A DNA stretch of 64,000 nucleotides from Styela clava (Eukaryota), in assembly GCF_964204865.1 (NCBI RefSeq), contig NC_135255.1, positions 9,796,001 to 9,860,000 of the forward strand, given 5' to 3'. The position numbers and the translations under genes are program-made. The notes below the pieces were generated by a model. It was not told where the DNA came from. It did no database searches and worked only from the letters and a program-made list of their open reading frames with translations. Shown one piece after another: positions 15,993-28,882 of the stretch (the first letter of the stretch is position 1; the number at the start of each line of letters is the position of its first letter).

Positions 15993-16093
15993 GGTGCTTC
16001 CGTAATATGTGCACCAAGATGGCGCACAACATGTGTACTCGGTTAGGAGTCAGGTTGTGCGCCATTATAGTGCACAGATTTGACGAAAAACAC
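15993..16093. mobile_element. Short palindromic MITE-like element
   Basis: Imperfect ~40-bp terminal inverted repeats: ggtgcttccgtaatatgtgcaccaagatggcgcacaac versus gttgtgcgccattatagtgcacagatttgacgaaaaacac. TSD not clear. Confidence 0.6.
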
Positions 16094-16108
16094 TAATACA
16101 AATATCAA

Positions 16109-16256
16109 GCCGTAAAAAAATTGCTCAAGCAATTCTGCGAACTTCACACCCATGTAGAAATGATGGGCAATGACCTCAAGGTGAATATTCACAAATAAAA
16201 CATTATGTCTGAAAACAAGGTTGGGCCCAAAAAGGCCCCTTGTCTGCAGGACTATA
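16109..16256 (+). repeat. Dispersed repeat fragment (SINE-like), copy 1
   Basis: Aligns by eye with 32137-32284 (shared gc.gtaaaaaaa, cacaccca, atgtctgaaaacaa.gttg.gccc blocks). Confidence 0.6.
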
Positions 16257-17621
16257 TGTTGTATTTTACGCATGTACAGTACTGTATTCTTCCTGTTTTA
16301 AAACACACAACTAGTTCCAGGCAATTTTTTGGTGTATTTTTATAAAATTCACTCAGATGTTTTCTAAACCCGGATGTCAATTTCGGTATTTCAGGACTAA
16401 CATGCGTTAAATTGTACTTATTTTAATTTTTCTTGCAAGCAAAAAGGGCGAGGCTCTGTGACGCAAGCATTTGATCTTCGTATCCATATTCTTGAGCATT
16501 GCCTTCGTGCTATTCTAAAAATTACCAAGCATTGCTCGTTGTAATAACCCTCAAATGCAGGCGTAACTTGGCTTTAAATTTTGTCCAAATTCGGAGAATT
16601 CGAAAAATAAAATAATGGTTGTAAGTAACGGTAGGTCGTGAGTGCCCGTGACTATAACGTTTTACAAAAAGAAAAATGGATATTGTGTAGATCAAAACAT
16701 TATTACGTCACGTTTTAGAGGAAATCAACAGCGTCAAAAATGCTGTGACGGCATTGTTACTGTGAAGATTGTAACTGCAACAAAGATTTACGTCAACTTT
16801 CCGGAATTTCGACGCCGGAACTATTTACATGACGCTTCTTTATTAAAAATCATGAACATATTTAAAGAAAATGGCAGGTAATTGTCAAGCGGATAATTAA
16901 TAGTTTTGTATAATTTTATATTTTTCAAATAATTGTGACTGAACAGTAGGAATTTTATCACAGACTCGTACTCGCACCAAACGCATCCTCTAAATTAAAT
17001 TGAAGTAATAACGTTCAAATCTCACAAGATAATATTGAATTGTTACCTTTTTATTGATGGATATAGGAAAATGAGCAAATTAATTTTGAGAATGCGTTGC
17101 AAAATCTCCATTGTGGTGGCGATATTTAGTGAATAATTTTGAGTAGCATCATCATTTCATAAATACCATTAAAATCAAACAAAGATACTTTCCAATATCT
17201 GGTGTACAAATCATACGACGGAAATTGTTATTTAGACGGCATACTAACTCTTAATCGCTGCATTGTTGGAAACGTTCAGTAATTATACTACCGGCAATGT
17301 TTCAAAAATAATCTAATTATATCGCACATAGGCGTATTACAGTAATAGCCCATAAACATGATTACAAAAATACAATAAGCATGTTTCATTCGAGCAATAT
17401 TTGCTCTGACAAATATGATTACTACAGTCAATTTGAAATTGTGCGTGGCTGCCATTGTTCTAATCTAATTCCTTTCTCTATTTTGGCGCGTTGTGAATAC
17501 CGTTACGCAATATTTAGCTTAGAGAGAATATCGGCGGGAGTTAGTTGATTCTTTTAGCTGGTAAACATAGTTTAATCACGATTCTGATGAACATGTGTAT
17601 TGTCAACAACAAAGAATAGGG

Positions 17622-17628
17622 TATAAAA
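17622..17628 (+). promoter_or_regulatory. TATA box of lectin gene 2
   Basis: gTATAAAAgg 72 bp upstream of the ATG at 17694. Confidence 0.6.
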
Positions 17629-17693
17629 GGCGCACTTGAACAAGTCTAACATTTAATGTTCAGCATCGAAAAGAAACAACAACAAACTGAATA

Positions 17694-18899
17694 ATGAAGA
17701 TACTTGTCGTTTTCGTCGCTCTGGCTTTTGTCTCTCAAGCTGCAGGTATGAATGCATATTGGTAAGGAGCATAAAGCATGACCGGACCCGGTCTTTGCAG
17801 TACACAAGTGCTCTTCAATTGAATAAATTATTTCATATTTTTGATATGCTCCTGCCATTTGAAAAATGTGTTTTTGGGTGACAATCCTAAGAAACGATCC
17901 AGCTACAGAACTCTAGCAGTGACAACGTGGATATTTGTGTAATTTGATCGCCACGTTGATTGTGTCATAAACTTTAAATGCAATCTTTCTCTTTGAATTT
18001 TTCTCACAGTGATAAATGCAACAAAATGATACGATCTTATAATTCTTATTACGCAACAGTGCCTCTAGCGTATATTATGAAACAATAAATTTACCTGTGT
18101 CCATACTATGTCGCAAACCCCCCATCTGTAACAACTAATTTGTCCAGCTTGACTCACTGGTAGTTATCACAACGAGATGACATCGTAATGAAATACTTAT
18201 CAGGTGAATGTGATGGAGTTGATGTTGACGGTTCCTGTTACTTCTGGAAAGGAACCAAAGTAGGTGGTTTGAAGTTCAAAAAAGCCGAGGAGGCCTGTGC
18301 TGAAGAAGGAGGACATCTCGCGGAATTCCGAACCCAGCAAGCATATGACACAGTTCGTTTCTATTTGTTAGGGGTAAAGCCACAGACCATGCTTCTTATT
18401 GGAATGAAGTACAATGTAAGTAATCACATTATATAGAATATATGGAAACTGTTGAATCGTGTCTACGGAATAAACATCTTAAAAAACCACACGTTGTTTC
18501 GTATATCTTCCATTTAAATATACAATTTTCCTTCAAGGCGCGATTGATGTCGTCTTGTACTAAACACTAGAATGACTAAAAACCATAAAATAAATGCTAT
18601 CATATTTTGAAGGTTAGAAAAATAACGACATGTTAAAACGATTTGTTACGATGAAAATTTTTAACATCTGAATATAATTGGTTCCTTTTCAGTACAAGAA
18701 AAAGAATAACCCAGTAATGTTGAGATCCGGCAGTGCCATTACGTATAAACCTGACTGGTTTGAGAATCACCCCATTGACTCACACAAAAATGAAGAAATG
18801 GTAATCATCGCCAGCAAGAACAGTAAATTCAGCGGATTGATGAATTCCGAAAACGGTTGCCGATACGCTCTGTTTCTGTGCGAGATATCATTAGAGTGA
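17694..18899 (+). CDS. Secreted C-type lectin-domain protein 2 (156 aa, 3 exons)
   Basis: Exons 17694-17745 (signal peptide MKILVVFVALAFVSQAA), 18204-18415 and 18693-18899, with the same intron phases as gene 1. Motifs CDGVDVDGSCYFW, AEEACAEEGGHLAEF, LIGM, DWFENHP, FLCE. AATAAA at 18976. Confidence 0.92.
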
Positions 18900-20322
18900 T
18901 CTGGCTATGACCTTAGAATGAATGGATCGACATTTAATATTGTTTTCAATATTTAATTTAATTATTTCATGAGAAAATAAAACATAATCTTGCATTAGTT
19001 ACATGTTTATTTGAATGCAGTATATTGTAAAAGCACATTGCGAATAGAAGTGAACCAGAATAAGGCTATAGTCAAAAGAGTCTATTCATCTTGAGCTCAT
19101 TCACATCTTGATCTGCCCACAGAACCTTCTGAGAATTCGCTGTGGTACTTTACCTATAGTTCCAAATATGCAATGTGTCAGATAACCTCGGGATGGGTGC
19201 TAGTTTGCAATTTTATAAGAAAGCAATATATGAAGAATAAAATATTTTACAGCCTTCAAATTAGCGAAATAACAAAAATAAAAGAATTACTAGTCGAAAT
19301 GACTAAAAACTTGTTCTCGATAAAGTACGGTCCACTGATAAATCATTTCGTTTTGTGTAATTGCTACAAGTTGTTATCAGGCAGAGAATTCTAACGGTTA
19401 ACGGTTTTTTTGTGAACACTAGCTGATTTCGTATTTTGTCGCAAACGTTCTTGGATATTCGTGCATATGACCGCATCTCCTAAATATGAATATGGATTAA
19501 TGGCCGGAGGTCCTAATACATTTCCAAATATTTTTCCTTTACAATGACCTTGACTGTGAATTTATGCACGCTTGTGAATACAAATATTGACATGTACGAA
19601 TGTACATAGGATTCATTCCGCATGTGTACAAAAACATATATATACATACAAACATTAGGCTTGCCCGTATCAACTAGTATATAAGGATACTCAATATCGG
19701 ATCCTTATCTTCCACAATCAATTTAACTATTTTCCAATTCCAATCAGATGTTTCAATCTTTCTACCAACATTTATAACTGAGAACATACATTAGAAAACT
19801 ACATATCAACGAAAAAATCGTGTACAAAGTGTCGAATACATGTCTACGCAGGTAATGCAGAGTTAATTACAGTAATAACGCCCTAAAATTAATCTGCGTC
19901 TCATTGTTTCTCACAAAAGACATGTGCTTTTCGAGATGCTCATTTAATGTATATCTCAGCTAGTTCTGAAAAATGATTTGAATATTTTTCACTTTGGTGA
20001 GTTTGCGTTTCGATTCAGTTACAGCCCTAAAGTCGATGTGGCTAATAAAAACCCAGTATGATTGTTCACTTGGAACCGTTTCCGCAATATAAGGTTCAAA
20101 AGCCAGCATTATACTCAATAGACGTAAATGCAGAAGACGACAAAACATAACGACTGTGAACATATATGGAGGCAAAATAACACCGTCATGATGTAATGCG
20201 ATTAGTGGTATACTTGTTTGACATATTGTATCAACATTGAGGGTACCGCTGAAATAATAACAGGTGCTACCCACGGAGGTGCCGTTCAAAATCTAACGGC
20301 AGTATTGACGAGATAGAAAGAA

Positions 20323-23300
20323 ATGAAGCGGGCAGTGATTAGGGTTCCAAAAGGATCTTTTGTAGTAGAGACTTCAAATAATATCCCAGTTCCGCCCGAA
20401 AATGGAGCAATTGTAAAAGTGAGCTTCTCGTAGTGCATTTTAGGCTCAGAATAGAATAACATTGCCGCGACCATGGGCGGACAATGAAAGAATACTATTC
20501 AATATTTTTCAGAGGATTTCGAACCCATGTTCAGTCAGGCATTGAGTATTAGGATTCGAATATTCGGTAGAATCGAGTTTTCCTTATGAAATTAGGAAAA
20601 TATCTGAATACATGAATATCATATTCAAATCTGTATTGAAAACACTTTGAGCAACTCAAATAAATTTTTTTTAGTATTTGTCTACTCTTAATAAGATTAA
20701 ACATATAGAATATAGATGGATAACACGAAGCAATCGAAATAGATTGACAAATCCATTTATTGGGGACAAAATGGACCGTTTTGGTATCAAAGCCTTTCTC
20801 ATCAACTACTAGACCAATCGCTTTGAAATTTCCAGTTGTTAAAGCTTGGTATTTTTGCTAGCCCTCGTGTCCATATATTTGAGCATTGCTCACTCGTTAT
20901 TATTTCCAAACATGGTTCAATGAAATATTATAACCCTACATCAGTGGTTCTCAAACTTTTTTAGTCTCAGAGCCGCATTTCAAACCTCAAAGCTGTGAAG
21001 AGCCGCACACAAGCAACGCAAGGTAAAATAACAACAAACCTTAAGCGCGTATTTAAAATACCAAGTCCTCGTAACAATAACACACCTAACAACTAGAGCT
21101 GGGCAAAATATTCGAATAATAAAATATTCGAATGCCATTTTACTATTCGAATATCCGGTACCACGTGACCTGCGCCGCTCTGCTTGGACACCGAACTCGC
21201 GCGTCTCCAACTCAATCGTGAATTGTGCGAGATTTCCCACGCCGCTCGCTATCAGAAAAAAAAAGACAAATTTGAAAACTCTTTGTTTTTGCGTTATGGT
21301 GTTATATGCTTATCTTCGCACTTAACGTATCGTTCCAATACATTATTTTGCAAAAAAACGTATCGACCGTTCCGTAAATTTAGAAATGTCAAATCAGATT
21401 AGGTATTTAAAATAAATTTTCCAGATTTTAAACACCGCATGCTTGGTGACATATCATTAGCCATTTCTCGCATTACCGAACATAAAGTTGATTGAAATTA
21501 AATGTTAAAATGACTTTTCGGTGTTTCATTGTGAAAAAGGCAATTTTAGATCGTTAGAAAACTCTAGTTATGTAAATAGCATGGATTTAAAAATGACCAG
21601 AAGTTTTTCCAAAAGCTGGTATGAGTTACTTGTATGAAAAACACTCATTAAATTGTAACCAGATAAGAAATGTCATAAGCCTACTCCCTTTAAAGCACTT
21701 TGTATTAACTCTTTAGTTATCCCTTCCATCCTTGGCCAAGTGATGTTTCGAATATGTAACATTGTACTCGACCATACATGGCCGCTGAGCCAAGAGTAAA
21801 ACGTAAAATTAATCGTGAATTTCGTTGTGACAATGCACACTGACTCGTTCACGAATTGTTGCGTCTATTATCATCGAAAATGATTACAATTGGTAAATTT
21901 CGAAGCAATTGGGCAGTACTAATTAAGTCTTATAGCATGACATAATCAAAATCATTAAGTGAAGTGGTGAATTTGCAAATTCCGTAAAGAAAATTGAGCA
22001 TTACTCAGTAAGTATTTTAGCTATAATAACCATCGGGGTGTTGTTTTGTTGAAAAAAAAAAAACCTTAAAACTTTAGAGAATTAGGTATAATTAGCGTCT
22101 GACCCTCGATTAGGCACAATGGTCTAGGAATGCCTTTATTGCCAATTTATTTAATAGCTTTTTCAAAATCAACATTCAGGATTCACGCAATCGTAAATTT
22201 GCTAGGTTTATCTATCTAATACTAAAATAACACGAACAGCATAAGAAAGCACGAGAAACTCAAGTATCGTTTTAATAAATATCTGCATCTCGGTTACCGT
22301 TCACTTTAAACAGGCACGGTTAATTTACAAGCGTTGATAAGGAAGATCAAATCCAAGACAGGGAATAAAACTCAGAATAAAATTAATTTGGTTTAGAAAA
22401 TCAGCCCGTAATGTATTCAACAGCTGTCGCTGATGTGAACGCAAGGGTATACTAGAAATATGAAACTTCGATATTCGGCGACCGCTTATTCTTGCAAAAA
22501 ACGAGAAAGGGCGGGAATATAGAATACAAACTTTAGGATATCGCCGCCAAAACGATCGCGGTGACAAAGACAATCAGCGATTATGATGAAATCAACCAAT
22601 AACCAATAAAAAAAAAACGCTTTTTTGCCGACGTTTCAATGTTTCTATCAATTTCTAAATGGTGTATCGAACTCCGACGTTCTGGATCCCTGTTATGTAT
22701 TAAAAAAATATTCAAGTTATTCGATTTCAAAAAAGATTAGATTTTGCCCAATCTAGACTAACAGCCATTTAATTTGGCTTTGATTTCTAATAGGTTTGTC
22801 AAAGCGGGTCGTAATCGCGGAGGATGCAAAGTGCAGTAACTGCTTGAGATGATCGCCAGATATTTCGGGACTATTTTCGATTACTGGAACAAAATTAAAA
22901 TGCTCTAGGATTAAAATAATCATTGAGTTATTTGATTTATTAATAATATCCGGGAATGCGACAAACACTGAAAATCCACGGAAGCAAGCCAATGATTACA
23001 GCCATGTCTAAAATCTTGCCAAGTGAAAAGTGTACGAGTGTCTGAGAAACGCTTACTGTTGCGTCACTATTGCATCTTGTAGGTTAGTCAACGCTACGCA
23101 AATAAACACGGGAAATTCATTCGACTAACTAATAGACTTCAGCATTTTAATTTCGAGTCAATGATTAGTTTTCAAAGCATTAACGAGAGCCGCAGGAAAG
23201 GTTGTTGAGAGCCGCTTGCGGCTCTCAAACCCTAGTTTGAGAATCACTGCTCTACATGATTACTATTTTAAAAAAGTAAACATAATAGATCACTGCGACG

Positions 23301-26300
23301 ATATTTTTCCAAAATCACAAATGAAACGCCTCATGCAAAAAGAAATCGGTTTTTAAAAAACAGTGATCTACGAATATATACCTGATTTCAGACAAAGTTT
23401 TGTGGAATATGCCATTCAGATCTTCACATGTGGGAAAAGGAAATAGTGCCATGCCCTAGTGTCTATGGTCATGAAGTTTCTGGAGAACTATATGCATTGG
23501 GAGATAAAGCAGGTTGGTTGCTGCTATAGCATATATATTTTTTTAGGTTTTTAAAATGGGGATACTGGTTGCATGTGGTTTGCTTACATGACGATTAAAA
23601 TTTTAAACACACGTTTGCTTACATAGTGATCATTTAATATATAAATGTATACTTACCTTACCAAGGGAAATTTTGTAATAGTCACAGAATGAGGGATTGA
23701 AAAATTTAAGTGCGAAACTGAGGAAATAATCTCAACCGCCCAAGCCTTTGTTGCTTTTTCAACGATATATATTTTAGTAATTTGATTTATACCAACGTTA
23801 CTGTTAATACAAAATTTTAACCCTGTCGGTCAGTAAATACTCGCAACTCTGTCTTTTCACTTATTGTTGATATCACAATGTACAAACTTTAGAAATAGTC
23901 AATATGAATATTGGTGATAATGTCATGATATATCCATGGATGGGTTGTGGCAAGTGTGACGAATGCACGGAAGATAAAGATAATCTTTGCAACATAAGAA
24001 CGCACGAAGTAGGATGTGGTGCAGATGGAGGGTGAGTTTTTTTTATCTCGATAAAGCCGTGCTATTGAAGTTTAAAAAGTTCACAGTTTGAGAATCAGTG
24101 AACTTTTTTGTTATATTCAAAATTCGCCTTCGTCGTCGCCATTTGGATGAGGTAGAAGCAAAATCAACTCACAACAAATCATAAATTTGTACACATGAGA
24201 TGCTGGTATCAAATTTGAACAAACTATATGTTTGACAGCCCTTTTGCCATTAAAAGTAATAAGGCAGGAAATTCAACCGCTTAATCACATGGCGATTATT
24301 TAGCATGCGTAATGTCTTGAACTTACTAACGTTCACGCCGAGCCACACAAACAATTTAGGAACAACTCTTCTAATAACAATTTTAAATTTAACTCCAGGT
24401 ACTCAAATTACGTTTCTGTTCCTGACACTAAATTTCTTATCAAAGTACCAGACTCAATTCCAATGGATGTTGCTTGTTTGTTACCTTGTTCTGGTGTAAC
24501 CACGTATAGCGCAATTAGGAAGCTCCGACCTTATATTGAGAAAATAAAAAGTACGTTGCTACGATTCAAATATATATATATATAAAAAGCTTTCTGCAGT
24601 GATACAAATATATAAGATTTGTTGCTAGGCCATACCGACTCATAATGCCTTCGGATGAGGTAGAAGATGAATGCATGGCAACGAACTAAGGTTGCTACCA
24701 ATATGTGTATATAGGCCAGCAAAGTAATTAGCAAGGCATTGAACTCTCACCCAAATGGAACTTAATTACAAGCAGAGAATTTACAAGCGATAACTGACAC
24801 GCCAAGATTTACATGTGATTACGATACAGCTACGCACACTTTAGCTATGTTGAACTCAAGTTAGCTGGCCGATTCACCAGTTCCGGGTAACACCCACCAT
24901 CAAAACTCATTTTAGTCTATTATCCAATATCGTATGATAAATTCTGGGAAGAAATACTATTTTTGTTTTCAGGAAAAAGTAGTGTATTGATCGTAGGAGC
25001 GGGAGGACTGGGATTGTGGTGCTTACAATGGGCTAAAATATGTCTACCAGACAGGGTAAAAATCGTATGTGCTGATATAAACGTGAGTATCAATCATTGA
25101 TTATCAGGCTTGTCCAAGGGACACATTTTTCTGTCCCACCCCATGGTAATTTAAGCCTGTCCCATCCCATCCCATGGGATTTCCATTGGAAATACTTTTC
25201 AATAAAAAATTCTGAATTTAGGTTTATTGACTTTGTTAACTTCAAAAATTCAGAACTATATATCACTAACAAGAGAACTATGCTCAAATACATGGACACG
25301 ATTATACGAAGTCCATAGCGAAATATTTGCCGTCAATTCCCCGAAAATAATACGGTATACGGTAATTTTGGATGAAATATCAGATCTCATAGCATTCATA
25401 GAAAATTTAGAAAAAAAAGTAATGGTTTAAAAGGAAAACGATTTTGCAATCGCAATCTTTGTACTTTGTGCCACGATAACATCAATACCTAGACTTTTTC
25501 CCGGAGCAGTGCATCCAGTTCAAAAAACGCCCTGTTATGCTATCGTCGGCGACGTAGCGTAATTGAAGGAGTGAATCCGCAACTTGAATTTTCGACTGAA
25601 AAGAAGGGAATGAATACCGAGACTGAAAAAATGGTGCTATAACATACTATGAATAAAACAAAAATATAAATAACTTTTTTTTTGAGAGCTCCGTGACAGA
25701 TAAAAAATAAACGCTATTTTAACAGGAAAATTTTCGTATGTACCACACACATTATACCAAGTTTCCTCTAGAAACAACACCATAATCACAAAGTTGAAAG
25801 ACAGTTAATTATTAGCGCGATGTACCTTCTTATACATTCTTGAAATAACGCCGGGGTCGCACTCGACTTTTTCCCTCAGAATATGATGATATGAAACTAA
25901 TCAATGTACTACAATAAATTAAACTGCTTCGTATTTTCTCGCAGATCTCGTGGATTTTCTAACGATGGTATTTTAAAATTGATCTCTCGTGGCAGCACTT
26001 CAATAGAGCAAGCCAGTACTGCACGGGCAGCTAAAATTTGGCGGATTTGCATAATGGCAAAAATATGAATTAAAACTAGATATAATCAGGCAGTTTACCA
26101 CGCATACTATTTGAATACAATGCTAAATGAGAACGCAACAAAAACGGAAAATGTGAGGACATTCATAATTCAGAGTAAAATTACAATTAAAATTACGATA
26201 TCGTGAGCTACACAACATGTCAAACTTGTAATATAAACGAGAGGACATCAAACACCGCTTGGCAGGAAATTCAAATCACTTATAATGTACCATGGAAAAT

Positions 26301-27482
26301 AGGTTCAGAATTTTATTCTCCAAGAAATTTGGCAACCAATTGATTACAGATGGACAAATTGAAAGTTGCTTCAGAACATGGCGCTGATGACGTTATATGC
26401 TGGTCGACACAAAAAGAAGAACGTTTAGTTTCAGATGAAGACATCACAAAAGAGTTGATGGAGAAGACAAATGGAGGATTTGATGGTGTTATTGACGTTG
26501 TCAATTCCAGCATGACGTCGAAAAGAGCATTTTCAGCATTGAAGCGGGTAAATACCATTCATTCATAACCCCAACGTAGAGAACATATTTATCTGAATTT
26601 ATGGTGATTTGTATGCTATTTTCATTTATATAGACAGAAATGTCGTTTTCTTAAATTGGTGTAATCATCCATTATACTTTTCTTCTGCAGAACGGTACTC
26701 ATGTTATGGTTGGTTTGTATGAAGGATCGATGAGCATCCCTCTAAGACCTATGGTTCTGACTATGAAGAGAATATTAGGATCGTATGTTGGGAGTATACA
26801 GGAACTGAATGAATTGGTGAAAATGATAGAAACAAGAAAGGTATCATCGATTGTATTAATGCGTTGGATGCTAAGTTCAGAGAGAAAAATCAAGCGTGAG
26901 AAAAATATTATTACAGAAATAAGAAATGTTTTGACTATAGTGTCAGATCAATGTATATATTCTCATTGTTCAGATTCATATATATTCGTTTCTTTGACCG
27001 ACAAAGTTGCTTTGACCAATTGCTTTGAAATTTTCAGTGGTTAAAGATAAAATATTTTTTCAGAATGCTATTATTACTTTTATTTATTCCTAAATTTTCT
27101 AAGAATCTTATGAAATATGATATTTCATCCAAATTTGCGCTGTATTGTTTTTTAATTATGGGAACACGGTTTTTAATTCGCCAAGCGTGACGGCTGACTG
27201 TGAAAATTCTTGCGATTAAAAACTCGGAAGTTTTTTGAGGGTACGTTACCGGTAATGTCAAAGGTAAGGACTGCTTCGCTCTGGTCCACGTGTCCATCAT
27301 TTTGAGCGTTGCTCTCTTGTAATTAGCAAATTAGCGTTTTTGATATTCAAGTTTCAACTGTTTTTGCTTTAATATAGGTGAAACCACCTCCAATTATTCC
27401 GTACAAACTGGAAGAAATCGAGACAGCGTGGGTAGCACTAAAATCAGGAAAAATGCCCGGAAGAGGCGTTATTCGGTACTGA
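20323..27482 (+). CDS. Zn-dependent alcohol dehydrogenase (MDR family), paralog 1 (356 aa, 8 coding exons)
   Basis: Exons 20323-20418, 23392-23512, 23893-24031, 24399-24550, 24973-25082, 26350-26547, 26691-26840, 27378-27482. Motifs CGICHSDLH, GHE, structural-Zn CGKCDEC..NLC, LPCSG, GAGGLG, ADIN, GSYVGS. AATAAA at 27502. Confidence 0.92.
20942..23249. mobile_element. Non-autonomous hAT-type element in ADH paralog 1 intron 1
   Basis: TIRs cagtggttctcaaac / gtttgagaatcactg. 8-bp TSD ccctacat / ctctacat. Subterminal gagccgc repeats. No transposase ORF. Confidence 0.8.
21094..22757. mobile_element. Second putative hAT-type element nested within the 20942-23249 element
   Basis: Ends tagagctgggcaaaat / attttgcccaatcta(ga), with ttcgaata subterminal repeats. 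Flanks ctaacaac / ctaacagc resemble an 8-bp TSD. Confidence 0.55.
25105..25190. mobile_element. Terminal relic of a DNA transposon (cccat-rich subterminal repeats)
   Basis: caggcttgtccaagggacac...gtcccatcccatcccatggga in ADH1 intron 5. The opposite end was not found. Confidence 0.35.
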
Positions 27483-27626
27483 ATGAATTCGTGAATGATA
27501 CAATAAAAAGATTTGGTTGTGCATTCTCTTTTAAGCAATGTCATATAGGGTACTTATTTTATGTATTGCGGAGGAAATACTAGATCATACTTTATTTAGG
27601 CTGCAGGTGATAAACATGCTTCAAGT

Positions 27627-27877
27627 CAGGGGTGTGCAACCTTTCATACAGGAGGGCCAGTACCCTTATTTAACAAAGACATCCTAGTAGTTGCACGCAC
27701 AAAAATTTTGGTTATTGATCTTATGACATGCGTTGTTCGACTCAGTTCTAGGCTATACAACACAACGGAGTTGGAACACGTTTCGCGGGCTGGGCAACAT
27801 TTAAAACAGGCCCTTCTCCGCGGGCCGCACAGTTTTCCCTTGTATGCTGCTTTTGGCCCGCAAGTTTCACACCCCTT
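27627..27877. mobile_element. hAT-type MITE
   Basis: TIRs caggggtgtgcaac / gtttcacacccctt. GC-rich gcgggcc subterminal motifs. Degraded 8-bp TSD cttcaagt / ctctgagt. Same TIR family as 36600-37095. Confidence 0.7.
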
Positions 27878-28882
27878 CTCTGAGTCAGCACTCCTACCAA
27901 AACCCTTATTTTGAGTATTATTTGCCACTGAGGAATTTTGTTTTTGCTTGTCGTTGTTCGCTCCAAATGAGTTGGGCATAACCAGAATACAGACAGACGC
28001 TAGAAATAAGATGGCTAAAGGGAATCTTTTAATATAAAAACAAAAACAAATAGTTCTGTTCTTGAGTATGAAACTCATTAATTAACTGCGCGTTATACAA
28101 ATTATTCTGTAAGTAATAAGGATGATGGCATTTTTCACTGATTTTGAGAACAAAGAATAAAGTATCTCCCGTCAGGTAACAGCTACTATAATAGAAAACA
28201 CTGCGAATGTGTAGTCTCATTCCTACCAATTTTGTTGTACCTGGATTGACGGGGTAGTTAGTTATCGAACTGACATTCAAAGTGGATCAATTTTTGCAAC
28301 AGCAACGATAAATCTTGAAAAATATTAATATGATATGGGATAAAATGTACGACGAGATTATAAACAATATTTTACGGATAATTTCAAATATTGAAGAAAA
28401 CAGAACATTGTTAGCTTCTGAACCCGGAGGCAACCAAATGTGTATACTGTAAATACATTTGTCAATCTTAAGCTGCTTCCGGCGACCAATTTATTAATAC
28501 TTCAAAAAGCCTTATGCAAATTTGGGAGATAGCGAATGATAAAAAAAAATCGTACAGATCGTGAAGAATTAGTTCAAGCAATACATAATTAACGTATATC
28601 TGATGTTATAGTGTGATGTTATATATATGTGTATAAAAGTTGAGTAAGCTAGAAATAAAAGATAATTTTCGGGAAGCCAACAACTCATCGCTTCAACATT
28701 TCTGTATAATCATAATAAAGTTAATAATGAGTATATATCATACTTCATTGACATATTCGAAGGATCCATGCATTTTGTGATAGCGATTGTGAGAGTAAAA
28801 CATTTAATTTCTAATAATAGAAGGCAATAGAAAATTTATATCACTTTTATCATGATGTTCTACAGGGGTAAAATTATACATA

